A stretch of DNA of 35,256 bases from Thermoproteaceae archaeon (GTDB lineage: Archaea; Thermoproteota; Thermoprotei; Thermoproteales; Thermoproteaceae), in the NCBI GenBank assembly GCA_020833025.1, contig JAJHRB010000008.1, forward strand, positions 1-35,256, given 5' to 3'. The notes below the pieces were generated by a model. The model saw only the letters and a list, made by a program, of their open reading frames with translations, was not told the origin of the DNA and made no database searches. Within the stretch, counting starts at the first letter, position 1. Every line of letters starts with the position of its first letter. Made by a program: the position numbers and the translations under genes. Shown here piece by piece: positions 23,884-34,474 of the stretch.

Positions 23884-24879
23884 CTACTCAGCGACAGAGA
23901 ATCCGGCGCTGTAGAGCAGGTCAAGCACGTGATCGAATAGCTTCGAGGGCGCGGAGGGCCGCGCGATCTCAGCCTCCCCGCCCTCGATGAAAACCACGCC
24001 GCACTTCAGCCTGGGCGGCTCGCGGGGCCTCCTGCCCCTGACCACGATAACAAGGTTCCTGAGTCTCCACAGCTTGCGGGAGTAAGAAAGCCACGGGCAT
24101 ATTGCAATAACGCCGCTCCTCTCCGCGGAGCCGTCGACAGATAGGTAGTTCATCCCGCACCTGTAGTCCCTGCTGAACTCGTACTCGCCGTGGAGCGACA
24201 GCGCCCTGGCCAGCGCGCTCGCCCTCCTCTGCTTCAGCTGGAGCAGCGCGCTCAAGATCTCGCCGGCAGAGCGCGCCGGGTTTACCACGAGGCCCACGCC
24301 GCTCCGGTAAACCGCGAGGTTCCCGACTCTCACCTCGGCTGGAGCCCTGCCGTAGAATGCCTCGTGGAGGCTCTCGTTGAAATCCCTGGCCAGCATGCCC
24401 TCCAGAAATGCCAGCGTGCCGCCGTCGGAGCAGGACCTCAGCTCGCTCCACACGTCAATGTCGACCGCTCTGGCGCGCTGCGAGATCTCGAGCAGCAGCC
24501 TCGCCAGATAGGGCGGCGCGGCCACGACGTCGTCGCTGTAGTGAATTGCAAGGCCCCATCTCACCAGTCTCTCGACTGCACTGCGGCAGCCAAGCAGCTC
24601 CATGCCCAGCTCCAGCTCGCCCTCCACCGCGAGATTGCGGCCGTACGCCGCGTAGAGCGCGGCGACTTGCTCGTCGTCTATTCTGGACTCGACGAGCCTC
24701 GCTAGATCGCCGGAGTACTCCTCTGCGGCCTTCAGGTCGGCCTCCGAGGCCCCGTCGGAGGCCTTCCACAGCTCCCGCCACGACGCGCCGTACCTGAGCA
24801 TGAAGTCTCTCTGGAGGGTTGCCTCGCTGCCGCGAAACACGGCGCGCTGATAGCGCGCCTCGATAACGGCGGGATCCAC
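23884..24879 (-). CDS. Hypothetical protein (331 aa)
   Basis: Long ORF with host-like codon usage; TTAAATA upstream of GTG 24879. Confidence 0.75.
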   Translation of the reverse strand: MDPAVIEARYQRAVFRGSEATLQRDFMLRYGASWRELWKASDGASEADLKAAEEYSGDLARLVESRIDDEQVAALYAAYGRNLAVEGELELGMELLGCRSAVERLVRWGLAIHYSDDVVAAPPYLARLLLEISQRARAVDIDVWSELRSCSDGGTLAFLEGMLARDFNESLHEAFYGRAPAEVRVGNLAVYRSGVGLVVNPARSAGEILSALLQLKQRRASALARALSLHGEYEFSRDYRCGMNYLSVDGSAERSGVIAICPWLSYSRKLWRLRNLVIVVRGRRPREPPRLKCGVVFIEGGEAEIARPSAPSKLFDHVLDLLYSAGFSVAE

Positions 24880-24901
24880 GCGGGCTCTCGCGCGCCCGTA
24901 T

Positions 24902-25200
24902 TTAAGTGCAGGCGCGCTGCTCGCTCCGGGCTTGCGCCCCCTCGCAAGCTCTATTAAGAGCTTGCATACCTTTCAGGAGGGCGGTCTGCAGTACGTCTAT
25001 TCTCTCTGCCAGACCGTCAACTATCCTGCTGACCTCTTGAGGGCCGGGGGCATCAACCCTCCTGTTAGTCTAGTCGACCCCGTCGTCGAGCCCGCCCAGC
25101 CCTGCCCCATGCCCCCAAGCTCCTTGACCACAAGTTTCTGTCGCAAGCCAAGCCCTAGCCGCTCAGCAGTGTCGGAGGTGCGAATAGGCTGGCTCAAGCC
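24902..25200 (-). pseudogene. Decayed coiled-coil repeat gene, similar to 11642..12058
   Basis: Frame reads LDDGVD*TNRRVDA...EVSRIVDGLAERIDVLQTALLKGMQALNRA with an in-frame TAG at 25070-25072; the upstream part is in another frame. Confidence 0.5.
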
Positions 25201-25217
25201 GGCGGCAGCCGCACTGG

Positions 25218-25610
25218 TCAGTAAACGTAGGCCAGCAAAACTCCCCCTATCCTTCTCTCCTTGGCCTCTATGTGCGACATCACTCCCTGGCTTGTCGATA
25301 ATACCAGAATGCCGATGTTCCTGGCCGGCAGGAACTTCTGCTCCCACTCGACTATCTCCCTGTACTTGACAGGGAATCTTGGCTTTATCGGCCCCACCTC
25401 ATTTATCCTGCCGAGCAGCTGCACTATGTACTTGCCGCCCCTCCCGTCATCGACGTACTCTATCTCGCCGACGTAGCCGTAACGCTGCATAACTCTCAGC
25501 ACGTGATATACAAGCTTGTTGACGGGCCATATGGTCACCTGCCTCTTGCCGACCCTCTCTGCGTTTTTTATCATTATCAGCGCGTTTGACAGCAAGTCGA
25601 GCATTACCAC
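25218..25610 (-). CDS. rps8: 30S ribosomal protein uS8
   Basis: [37 protein letters not shown]. Confidence 0.97.
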   Translation of the reverse strand: MVMLDLLSNALIMIKNAERVGKRQVTIWPVNKLVYHVLRVMQRYGYVGEIEYVDDGRGGKYIVQLLGRINEVGPIKPRFPVKYREIVEWEQKFLPARNIGILVLSTSQGVMSHIEAKERRIGGVLLAYVY

Positions 25611-25666
25611 GCCTGCCGGCGCCGCGGGACTTTAAAAGTGCTCCCGGGGTGCCGCGGCGCGCTCTC

Positions 25667-26962
25667 TCACGGCCTGACCCTCCTCACGTCGCGCGGGAAC
25701 GGCACGACGTCCCTTATGTGATCCGCGCCCACTATCCACATTACAAGCCTGTCAACGCCGAGGCCGAAGCCCGCGTGAGGCACCGAGCCGTACCTCCTCA
25801 AGTCGATGTACCACTGGTAGTCCTCGGGATTCATGCCGAACCTCACAATCTTCTCCACGAGCTCCCGCGCGTCGTATATCCTCTCGCCGCCGCCAACGAC
25901 CTCGCCGTAACCCTCGGGCATTAGGACGTCGAAGCTGAGGGTCGCCTCGGGCCTCCTCGGGTCGTTCCTGTGGTAGAACGCCTTGACCCTCTCGGGGAAT
26001 CCGTAGAGCACCACCGGCCTGTCGAACTCGAGCGTCAGCGCCCTCTCCTCGTCTGCCCCCAGGTCATCCCCCCACTTGATGGCGAGGCCCCTTCTCTGCA
26101 GTATCTCGACAGCCTCGTCATAGCTAATGCGGTAGAACGGCGGCCTGGCCCTCTCCAGGCTCTCCATTGCGCGGCCGAGCATCTTGAGCTCGTCCTGCCT
26201 CTCGCCCAGCACCCTCTCAATGACGTGGCCAACCAGCTCCTCGCTCACGCGCACCGCGTCCTCAACGCCGGCCCACGCCATCTCCGCCTCTGCGTGCCAG
26301 AACTCCGTCAGGTGCCTCCTCGTTCTGGAGGGCTCTGCCCTGAAGCTCGGCGCCATCGTGTACACTCTCTCGAGGCTGTAGATCAGAGCCTCTAGGTAGA
26401 ACTGCGAGCTCTGCGTTAGGTAGACGTGCCTGCCGAAGTAATCCACCCTGAAGAGCGTCGCGCCGCCCTCGACCGCAGCTGTGACGAACATCGGCGCCTG
26501 CACCTCGTAGAACCCGCGGCTCCTGAAGTACTCGTGAACTGCGCCGAACACGGTGTGCCTCACCTTGAGTATTGCCTGCATCTTCCTGCCCCTCACCCAC
26601 AGGTGCCTCATGTCAAGTAAATACTCGCTGTCGGCCTTAACAGCGTCCTCGTTTATCGGGTACGGCTCTCCGGCGCAGGCCCAGTCGACGCTCTCGACGT
26701 GAAGCTCGACGCTGCCGGGCGCTCTGGAATCCCTGACCAGGACCCCCGTGACGACAATGGACGACTCAATATTGAGATCCCCTGCAACTCTGAACTTATC
26801 GCGCGGGAGCACCAGCTGAATCACGCCTGTGGAGTCCCGCAGTAGGATGAAGACCTTCTCCCTGAGCGCCCGCTTGCGGTAAACCCACCCCCTCAGCGTT
26901 ACACGCCCCTCTCCAAGCTTGATCGCCTCGGCCACAGACGTGGCCCGTTTGAATAGCTCCAT
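25667..26962 (-). CDS. asnS: Asparaginyl-tRNA synthetase
   Basis: OB-fold N-terminus, YLTQSSQFYLE, FRAEPSRTRRHLTEFWHAEAE, GEVVGGGER, GFGLGVDR. Confidence 0.93.
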   Translation of the reverse strand: MELFKRATSVAEAIKLGEGRVTLRGWVYRKRALREKVFILLRDSTGVIQLVLPRDKFRVAGDLNIESSIVVTGVLVRDSRAPGSVELHVESVDWACAGEPYPINEDAVKADSEYLLDMRHLWVRGRKMQAILKVRHTVFGAVHEYFRSRGFYEVQAPMFVTAAVEGGATLFRVDYFGRHVYLTQSSQFYLEALIYSLERVYTMAPSFRAEPSRTRRHLTEFWHAEAEMAWAGVEDAVRVSEELVGHVIERVLGERQDELKMLGRAMESLERARPPFYRISYDEAVEILQRRGLAIKWGDDLGADEERALTLEFDRPVVLYGFPERVKAFYHRNDPRRPEATLSFDVLMPEGYGEVVGGGERIYDARELVEKIVRFGMNPEDYQWYIDLRRYGSVPHAGFGLGVDRLVMWIVGADHIRDVVPFPRDVRRVRP

Positions 26963-27006
26963 CGGGGCTGCGCCGGGAGCGCGTTAAAATGCCTAACCGC
27001 TGCCCC

Positions 27007-27258
27007 TCAGGGCTGCCGCGGCACCTCCTTGAATATTCCAACGATGAGGCCGCCAGCGCACTCCTGCGTCTGCTTCCCGACAAAATCGCCCTCCTGGTAC
27101 TTTCTCTTCCTTATGCCGTCGTCGCAGCGCACCACGGTATATAGCTCGGCAACTCTCTCCCTCGCTCCGATGGCCGCCCTTCTCCGCAGAACGTGCGTTA
27201 AAAAGGCCAGTATCAGGAGCGCCAGCAACATTAGCAGGAGGTAGTCCGCGGCGCCCAT
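27007..27258 (-). CDS. Small membrane-anchored hypothetical protein (83 aa)
   Basis: N-terminal TM helix, soluble tail with Cys pair (RC...YQEGDFVGK...C); ATAAAA upstream. Confidence 0.7.
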   Translation of the reverse strand: MGAADYLLLMLLALLILAFLTHVLRRRAAIGARERVAELYTVVRCDDGIRKRKYQEGDFVGKQTQECAGGLIVGIFKEVPRQP

Positions 27259-27380
27259 GAAAAAAGAATTCGCGCATGTCCCTTTTATGAATGCTCCCCA
27301 CCTCCCCGCCGCTCCCGGCGCCGGAGGGCCCTCTCGCGTGTCGCGGCGATCCCGCTACCGCCGGCGGCCCAGACGCTGTG

Positions 27381-27512
27381 GGCGTACTTCACAGCGGCGC
27401 TAAGTATAGGGGCCTCGACCCGTACAGGGGCGTTATTGAGAGGTTGAGGCGCGTTGGCTTCAGCGTGTACAGGGTCGACCGCGGGTACGGGGTCTATGCA
27501 GTGCGGCTATGA
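27381..27512 (+). pseudogene. C-terminal remnant of a predicted archaeal SAM methyltransferase (COG2521-like)
   Basis: GAKYRGLDPYRGVIERLRRVGF...GVYAVRL resembles, from recall, the C-terminus of that family; the upstream sequence is scrambled. Confidence 0.45.
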
Positions 27513-27629
27513 CCGCGAGATCGCGAGCCAGGGGCGCTTACGAGAGGGGGCTGGCCTCGCGGCAGATCAAGCAGCGTCAGATCTCTGCCCGCCGCGATCT
27601 AAGCTTTAAGCTGGCCCGGGTAGTGAGGC

Positions 27630-28748
27630 GTGGATGTCGACGAGAGAATGGAGCTAATATTGCGCTACCCCACAGAGGAAGTACTAACAGTCGACGAGCT
27701 TAGAGAGCTGCTCCTCACCGGCCACAAACTCAATCATTACATAGGCTTTGAGATCAGCGGCTTCATACACATAGGCACAGGCATTGTGAGCATGGCAAAG
27801 GTGGTTGACCTGCAGAAGGCGGGTATTAGAACTCAGGTATTCCTTGCAGACATACACTCCTGGCTTAATAACAAGCTGGGAGGGGACTTGGACACGATAA
27901 GACGCGTTGCGGTGACGTACTACATTGAAACATTTAAGAAAATAATCGAGATTTTAGGCGGCGACCCCGGCATGACAAGGTTCATTCTAGGCTCAGAGCT
28001 GTACAGCAAGAACGATGAGTACTGGCTCTTGCTGCTGGACATAACGAGATACCTGACCCTATCTCAAGTGAAACACAGCTTGACAATACTCGGCAGGAAA
28101 ATGGGCGAGTCAATACCGCTGGCGTACTTGGTCTACCCGCCGCTCCAGATTGCTGATATTTTCGCACTCGCTGCCCATCTACCTCACGGAGGCATTGACC
28201 AGCGGAGGGCGCATATACTGGCAAGGCACGTGGCGGGCAAAATCAAGCTCTTCCCGATGGAGGTCGGCGGCAAGAGGATAAAGCCCGTGGCAATTCACCA
28301 CAGGCTGATCCCGGCGCTGAACATAACATCCAAGCCGAGCGGAAGGGAGGAGCTAAGCGAGATTAAAATGTCAAAGAGCGTGCCGCAGAGCGCGATTTTC
28401 GTGCACGACGCACCCGAGGAGGTGAGACGCAAGATATACGGGGCGTACTGCCCGCCCCGGGAGACTGAGTACAACCCCGTGCTGGAGCTGTTGAGACTCT
28501 CAGCATTCAGAGAGAGAAGAAAGGCGCCGCTAGTAATTAAGCGCCCGCCGCAATACGGCGGCGATATCGACGTGTGGAGCTACGAGGAGCTGGAGGCTCT
28601 GTACAGGGACGGCAGAATACACCCGGCGGACTTGAAGGCGGCGGCGGCCGAGGAGCTCATAAAGCTCCTCGAGCCCGTCTACGAGTTCTTCCAGGGCCCT
28701 GGCGCCAGTCTGCTGCGCGAGATGAATAACATCGCGGTCACGCGCTAG
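27630..28748 (+). CDS. tyrS: Tyrosyl-tRNA synthetase
   Basis: [44 protein letters not shown]. Confidence 0.96.
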   Translation: MDVDERMELILRYPTEEVLTVDELRELLLTGHKLNHYIGFEISGFIHIGTGIVSMAKVVDLQKAGIRTQVFLADIHSWLNNKLGGDLDTIRRVAVTYYIETFKKIIEILGGDPGMTRFILGSELYSKNDEYWLLLLDITRYLTLSQVKHSLTILGRKMGESIPLAYLVYPPLQIADIFALAAHLPHGGIDQRRAHILARHVAGKIKLFPMEVGGKRIKPVAIHHRLIPALNITSKPSGREELSEIKMSKSVPQSAIFVHDAPEEVRRKIYGAYCPPRETEYNPVLELLRLSAFRERRKAPLVIKRPPQYGGDIDVWSYEELEALYRDGRIHPADLKAAAAEELIKLLEPVYEFFQGPGASLLREMNNIAVTR

Positions 28749-30072
28749 TAGAGGCGCCTGCCAGCGGGTGAGAGCTCAGCAGCCTCCTGAGAGTCTCTGG
28801 CGTTGGGGATCTAGCGAGCTCGCTGCAGACGCCCGGCTTCTCGAGCCACCGCTCCACGTCTTCTGCTGCCGCGCCGAGCGCGAGCGCGTGCCTCAGCAGC
28901 TCTTTTGCGAGCGCCGCCGCCCTCTCCGATATGCGGAACTCGTACCGCACAAACCTCCACCTAACGCCCCACTCTACGCGGTCGTGGGGGTACGCGAGCG
29001 TGAATGGCGCGAGCGCGGCCAGCACCACCTCCTCGGTCTCGAAATCGCTAGGGTCGGTGCAGATTGTCACGGAGAGAGTCCAGCCGAGCTCCATGTCCAC
29101 GATCTTGTCCCGCCCGATTCTCTCCCTAACCGCGTTGATCTGCTCAATAATGCACCTCCCAATGCACTCGCTCATCATCGCCGTGAGAGTCTCGGCCGTC
29201 AATTCGCGCGCGCGGCGTGCCGCGTCAGCGTACTCCTCGAGAAGCTCGGCGGAGGCTGCGCTCTCGGCAAGATAGATTAACGCTTTTAACTCTCTCGCGA
29301 CGCGCGTCACGCTGTCCGACACCTCAACGCTGAGAGTCAGGGGCACGCCCAGCTCCCTGGCCGTCTTGTAGTAAACATACGCCTGGGGGCGGAAGCCGAG
29401 TTCTGCCAGCGTGAGCAGAAGGTCCCTGATCACCTCGGCCGCACCCGGGGACCTCTCTCCGGACTTCCACTCCTCCAGCGCCTTTTTGAGCTGCGCCTCG
29501 ATCACTGCCGCGTAGGACGTAATGCCCGGCGCGAACAGTCTAGCTACGCGCTCGAGAGACTCGAAGAACTTGTCGCGAGAGGCGCAGTCCACCGTGCTAA
29601 AGATGTCGGCATCGATCAGTACTTCAGGGCTCGCGCCGAAGCTCGCAAGGCGCTCTGCGTAGCTCTTAACTCGCGCGCTCTCTATAGGCCCCGCATCGAG
29701 GCCGCAGTACTCCAGCGCGGCCTCCAGCATGTCGTAAATCCGCTGCGCGCGCCTCTGCACGTCCTCCTGGGCAAGTACGCTGGAGTAGTACCTCATAATG
29801 TAGAGAGTCCAGTAGAGGCCGAAGCTAGATAGCGGGTCGTCAGTCCGGGCGACGAGCCCGCCGGCATGCCTGTCTGGCACTATGAGATAAACCACGCGCC
29901 TCTCGTCGCCTCCTGTATGGTAAACCCTGTCGGCAATCTCTTTCAATTGCTCCAGCTCTTCAGTGTTGCCGAATTTTAACGCGTTTACGAGCTCCTCTAG
30001 TGTTATGCCGCGCTCCATTAACCGCGCGTACAGTGCTGCAATCGCGCTGCGGGGGGCCTGCCTACTCGTCAT
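28738..30072 (-). CDS. Large helical hypothetical protein
   Basis: Long ORF (open from 30141); start uncertain; no recognised motif. Confidence 0.65.
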   Translation of the reverse strand: MTSRQAPRSAIAALYARLMERGITLEELVNALKFGNTEELEQLKEIADRVYHTGGDERRVVYLIVPDRHAGGLVARTDDPLSSFGLYWTLYIMRYYSSVLAQEDVQRRAQRIYDMLEAALEYCGLDAGPIESARVKSYAERLASFGASPEVLIDADIFSTVDCASRDKFFESLERVARLFAPGITSYAAVIEAQLKKALEEWKSGERSPGAAEVIRDLLLTLAELGFRPQAYVYYKTARELGVPLTLSVEVSDSVTRVARELKALIYLAESAASAELLEEYADAARRARELTAETLTAMMSECIGRCIIEQINAVRERIGRDKIVDMELGWTLSVTICTDPSDFETEEVVLAALAPFTLAYPHDRVEWGVRWRFVRYEFRISERAAALAKELLRHALALGAAAEDVERWLEKPGVCSELARSPTPETLRRLLSSHPLAGASTSA

Positions 30073-30191
30073 GCGCGCCAACCGCGCCGGCCGCTCTTCC
30101 GGCGCCTGCAGGCTCGCTCGCTCGCAGCGCGACCGCAGCACGGCCGCCGAGGCTGACGCCTATTGCCATTTTACACGCGGCGAGTACTATT

Positions 30192-31280
30192 TTAAGTATT
30201 GCCCACCCTCTGCGCGCCTTCTGCCAGCGCGAGAAGGTACCTCACTAGAGCCTCCGTGCCCGCTGCGAGAGACCTTTTGCCCATTAGCGCCGCGGCGGCG
30301 AGAGTCTTCACGTGATCGTCATAGTCAACGGCGACAAAACTCTCCCCGTCCAGTCTGTGGAGCAGCACGTCAATGAGTCTCATGCCGTACAGAGCCCTGA
30401 AGGCCTCGAACGCCAGGCGCAGCTTCAATCTTAGCGGCGTGGTCGCGCGCTCGTAGAGACTCGGCGTGTCGCGCGCCAGCGCCTCTGCCGCCGCCCTGCC
30501 GCTCTGCGCCGCGAGCGCGACGCCGCCCCCGCTCAGCGGCTTGACGAGGCCGGCCGCGCTGCCGATCAAAATCACGCGCCCAAATACCAGGCGCCTCAGC
30601 GGAGGGCCGGCCAGAACCGTGCCTCCGAACGGCGCCCTGACGGCCTTCCCGCGGATTATTTTGACGAGCTTGCCGAGCCTCTCCACCACGCAGCACGTGT
30701 CGGCAAGGCCGACGCGGTAAAGCCCCCGGTCTAGTCCTACAATCCAGGAGAAGTAGGCCCGGGAGAGCTTTCTATTGTAGACTACCGCGATTCCCGGCAG
30801 CTCGAAGTCGCTCTTGACATCGACCTGCACTCCTGCCAGCCCGACGACATGCCCGTAAACGCTGGAGAGTCTCCTGGCCGAGCCCTCGGCTATCACTATG
30901 TAGTCGTAGGGCCCGTATCTGTCGCCGCCCGAGGTATAAACGTACCCCCTAGATATCATTGCGACTCTCTTGTTGAGGTATAGCCGGCGCGCCCTCTCAG
31001 CGAGCCGCCTGTCAAGGCCCGGCCTGTCTATGAGATACGCGCGCCTCCTCAATTTAAAGTGCACAGACCTGCCCTCGAGATCTGTAATCAACAGCTCGTC
31101 GTAGGAGTTTAGTACTACATCTCCCGGGGCCTCGACCAGTCTGAGCGCGGCCTCGCTGACGAGGCCCGTGCAGTGCGCCGGGAGGCCGACCTCGGCGTGT
31201 TCCTCAAAGACGTCAGTGTCGCCAAATCTCGCAGCAAATGAGAGCCCTGCAACTCCGGCGCCAACGACGGCCACTCTCAC
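30192..31280 (-). CDS. Geranylgeranyl reductase-family FAD oxidoreductase
   Basis: VVGAGVAG, HCTGLVS, IDRPGLD, YFSWI, GSAAGLVKPLSGGGV. Confidence 0.88.
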   Translation of the reverse strand: MRVAVVGAGVAGLSFAARFGDTDVFEEHAEVGLPAHCTGLVSEAALRLVEAPGDVVLNSYDELLITDLEGRSVHFKLRRRAYLIDRPGLDRRLAERARRLYLNKRVAMISRGYVYTSGGDRYGPYDYIVIAEGSARRLSSVYGHVVGLAGVQVDVKSDFELPGIAVVYNRKLSRAYFSWIVGLDRGLYRVGLADTCCVVERLGKLVKIIRGKAVRAPFGGTVLAGPPLRRLVFGRVILIGSAAGLVKPLSGGGVALAAQSGRAAAEALARDTPSLYERATTPLRLKLRLAFEAFRALYGMRLIDVLLHRLDGESFVAVDYDDHVKTLAAAALMGKRSLAAGTEALVRYLLALAEGAQRVGNT

Positions 31281-31388
31281 GCGCCCCGGCGCGTGGCTCT
31301 ATTTATCACTCGCGCGATAGCTCTCGCCGCGGCTGCGCGGGCCCTGAGGGCAGCTCCCACTATTATTAATGGCACGTTAAATGCTGCA

Positions 31389-32819
31389 ATGCTGCAGTAC
31401 AGAAAGGTCGTCCGAGATCCTGTGCACGGCTTCATCAAGCTCACCGATGAGGAGGTCGCGTTAATTGACGGCGAGCCGCTCGTGCAGAGACTTAGGTACG
31501 TGAAGCAGCTCGGCTTTGTGTATCTCGTCTACCCGACTGCGCTGCACACGCGCTTTGATCATAGCCTCGGCGTGATGCACGCCGCATCTCTAATAGGCGA
31601 GAGGGCGCTTCAGCAGCTCGGCGAGCGCGACGACGCAATACTGAGGCACTTGCGGGTCGCCGCGCTGCTCCACGACATAGGCCACCTCCCCTTCTCTCAC
31701 ACGTTTGAGGTGCTGGCCGAGGACGTGGTGCGCGCGGCCGTCAAGATGGGCTGTGTCAGTGCCAGTCCTGCGCGCTTAGACGCCAGCACGGGCAGGCTGC
31801 ACGAAGCTGTATCCAGGCTGGTAGTCGAGAGAATGTCTGACAGACTAACAAGGCTCGGCTACGATCCCGAGACTGTGAGAGACCTGCTGCTCGGGCGGGG
31901 CCGCAGGTATCGGCTTCTCGGCAGTATTCTCTCGGGCAGCTTTGATGCCGACAAGCTCGACTACATAATGCGCGACATGTACTTCACCGGCGCGACTGTG
32001 GGCTCCAGTTTCACGCACATAGACCTCGAGAGGATAGTAGAGAACTTGGAGATCGAGGACGGCAGGTTTCAGTTTAATGAGAAGGCAAGAGTGAATATCG
32101 AGGGCTACTTAATCACGAGATACAATCTGTACAGGCACGTGTATCTGCATCACAAGACCGTGCTATTTACAGAGATCGCGCGGAGCGTGGTAATGGACAA
32201 CGCAACAAAGTGCGCCGGCGGTCTCGGCGAGGGGGCGATCTGCCAGTACCTCTGCGATCTGGCGCGCTTCATTACGGGCAACATCGATAGTGATGAGGCC
32301 TGGAAGATCACAGACCATTACTTCATCTCGGTGTTCATGCGGGACCCTAGGTTCAGAGATCTGCTGGCGAGAAAGCCGCCGGACTACGTGGCGTTATGGA
32401 AACGTGAGAAGGACTTCATGGAGGCAGTCGGGAATCCCGCGAAGTTCAATGAAGTAGTGGGCGCGTTAAGGTGGCCCAGACTGGAGGCGCTCAAGAGGAG
32501 CTTAATAGAGAGCCTCAACAAGGCGCTTGTGGGCTGCGAGCTCTCGCCGGGCGATCTCTTGATATCGCACGCGTGGTTCGAGCCGTACACTGAAGATCTC
32601 TACATCACAACGGCAACGGGCCCCGCCCCTCTGTCGAGTATCTCGCCGTTTGTCAATGCCATATACGAGGCTTGGAAGCGAGCGCCTCACGTGTTCATGT
32701 ATGTGAGCAGGAGGGCCCTCAAACGCTGCGGCGACAGATTACTCGATCGCGTGAGGTCAGAGCTGAGACTTCTCGTCGAGGAGATCGGCAGAGGTCTAGA
32801 GCTCGCGGGGAGGAGCTGA
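31389..32819 (+). CDS. HD-domain dNTP triphosphohydrolase-like protein (SAMHD1/dGTPase-like)
   Basis: RDPVHG, QRLRYVKQLG, HTRFDHSLG, LLHDIGHLPFSH, DADKLDY, YRHVYLHHK. ATG 31389 follows TATTATTAAT. Confidence 0.9.
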   Translation: MLQYRKVVRDPVHGFIKLTDEEVALIDGEPLVQRLRYVKQLGFVYLVYPTALHTRFDHSLGVMHAASLIGERALQQLGERDDAILRHLRVAALLHDIGHLPFSHTFEVLAEDVVRAAVKMGCVSASPARLDASTGRLHEAVSRLVVERMSDRLTRLGYDPETVRDLLLGRGRRYRLLGSILSGSFDADKLDYIMRDMYFTGATVGSSFTHIDLERIVENLEIEDGRFQFNEKARVNIEGYLITRYNLYRHVYLHHKTVLFTEIARSVVMDNATKCAGGLGEGAICQYLCDLARFITGNIDSDEAWKITDHYFISVFMRDPRFRDLLARKPPDYVALWKREKDFMEAVGNPAKFNEVVGALRWPRLEALKRSLIESLNKALVGCELSPGDLLISHAWFEPYTEDLYITTATGPAPLSSISPFVNAIYEAWKRAPHVFMYVSRRALKRCGDRLLDRVRSELRLLVEEIGRGLELAGRS

Positions 32820-33119
32820 CGCGTTTTCCCGCTAGCTTTACTTATGTAGATATTTCCGCTAGCGGATCTGGGCCTGGCGCTGGATCGCCCGCGCCGCACG
32901 GGCCCCGCCGAGACGCGACGAGGAATCCCGTCTGGGCGCGCGGCCGGCGCCCCCGCCCCGTCTGCAGCTCCCGCCGGCCTTGCTGCCTCTTCCTGCACGC
33001 CTCCTTGCTGCGTTGTGCCGGTCTCGCGGCGCGGGGCCCTGAGAGCGGCAGGGCTGGGGGCACGAACGCCGCCTTGCGCTCGGGTTACGAGATTAAAGGC
33101 AGTGCAGCGGCGCCGCCTC

Positions 33120-33869
33120 GTGAAAATCATAGTGACGAACGACGACGGTCCCCACTCGCCGCTACTGAGCGCGCTCACCAGTGCATTGAGAGAGGCTGGA
33201 CACCAAGTCGTAGTGGTAGTGCCCGAAAAGCCGAGATCGGCGGCGGGTCTCGCGAGGACTTACCACAAGCCGCTCAGGGTGAGAAGGCTTGGGGACTACT
33301 ACCTCGTTAACGGGTTTCCCGCAGACGCCGTGTTTGCGGCCCTCAGAGTGATAGCGCCTGACGCAGACCTCTTGATATCGGGTATTAATATTGGCGAGAA
33401 CTTAGGCGTGGAGGCGACCTACGGCAGCGGCACAGTCGGCGCGGCAATACAGGGCGGCATCCTGGGAGTGCGGTCTCTCGCAGTGTCCATGGAGGGCAAC
33501 GGCAGCGTAGAGCTTGCAATGCGCGTTGCCGTGGAGGCAGCTGCCGTCGCTGACAGGCTGCACGATGACGTACTCGCGGTAAGCATAAACATCCCGAGCG
33601 ACTGGAAGGGAGGGCTTTACTGCGTGAGAAAGCTCGCAAGAGCCGTGTCCCGAGAGCGAGTCTACGAGGGGGTTGACCCGCGCGGCGAGAAGTTCTACTG
33701 GCGCTGGGGGCCGCGCGCCAGCGCCTTTGAGCCGGGGACCGATGCGTACTACTTTTACGTGAATCGCGGTATTACAATTCTCGGGCTCTCTGGATCGGGC
33801 ATTATCAACATAGCGGCATTCGCGACCGGGCTCGGGACTAGACTAGATGCCAGGCACGTGCACTGCTGA
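33120..33869 (+). CDS. surE: 5'/3'-nucleotidase SurE
   Basis: IIVTNDDG, NGFPAD, SGINIGEN, SGTVGAA, SAFEPGTD. Confidence 0.93.
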   Translation: MKIIVTNDDGPHSPLLSALTSALREAGHQVVVVVPEKPRSAAGLARTYHKPLRVRRLGDYYLVNGFPADAVFAALRVIAPDADLLISGINIGENLGVEATYGSGTVGAAIQGGILGVRSLAVSMEGNGSVELAMRVAVEAAAVADRLHDDVLAVSINIPSDWKGGLYCVRKLARAVSRERVYEGVDPRGEKFYWRWGPRASAFEPGTDAYYFYVNRGITILGLSGSGIINIAAFATGLGTRLDARHVHC

Positions 33870-34052
33870 GCTCGCCCCGCTCCCGGCCGCCTTATGGAGG
33901 CCAGAGCCCCGGAGCCTCTCGCGCGCCTGTCAGTTGCCGCGCCCAAGCGTAACATAACGAGGCCGCTGTCAGTAGTGCGGCGGTAGTCCGGGCGTGGTGC
34001 ATGCCTGTCGGCTGGCGCTGCAAATAAATGCTGCACTGAGATATCCCGCCCC

Positions 34053-34397
34053 ATGGAGTCTGACGTGGTTAGGGCCATGCGCTATAAATTCGTGCGCTAC
34101 TGCATTAACAAAGCCTACGCAGAAATGGACTTCGGAGGGGTGCCGGCCGAGGTTATCAATGTATTTGACGACGTGGTCGACCAAATTAGACGTCTCGAAA
34201 AGTATTTCACGTCCATAGAGTCTATTAAAACTGCACTGCAGACAGACATAGCAGAAAAATTGAGAGCGCTCAAGGAGAGAGATCCGAACTTCACAAAAGC
34301 ATTTGTGGATAAAGTTGTGAAGCACTGCCTAGAAATTGAGGAAATAGCCGGCTCCGAAATCCGGCAGTACATTGAGATGTTGCGCGAGGTCGTGTAG
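34053..34397 (+). CDS. Helical hypothetical protein (114 aa)
   Basis: Clean ORF, amphipathic helices, lower GC. Confidence 0.7.
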   Translation: MESDVVRAMRYKFVRYCINKAYAEMDFGGVPAEVINVFDDVVDQIRRLEKYFTSIESIKTALQTDIAEKLRALKERDPNFTKAFVDKVVKHCLEIEEIAGSEIRQYIEMLREVV

Positions 34398-34474
34398 CGG
34401 GCGTGCCAACCGCGCCGGCCGTTACAGAAGTTTTTATACGAAAAAATAAAAAACTACGCCACAAAGAAGGCTTT

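Noticed and set aside
33015-33119. N-terminal extensions in track ORFs (surE, HD, rio1, DUF151, methyltransferase, 2066 ORF)
   Set aside because: Low-complexity sequence upstream of family N-termini; TATA spacing supports the shorter leaderless starts used.
33930-34000. Second C/D-box RNA (two CTGA on the minus strand) and a tRNA-Gly-like GCGGCGGTAGTC on the plus strand
   Set aside because: No convincing box C or C' at the right spacing; the tRNA similarity stops after 12 nt with no D arm.
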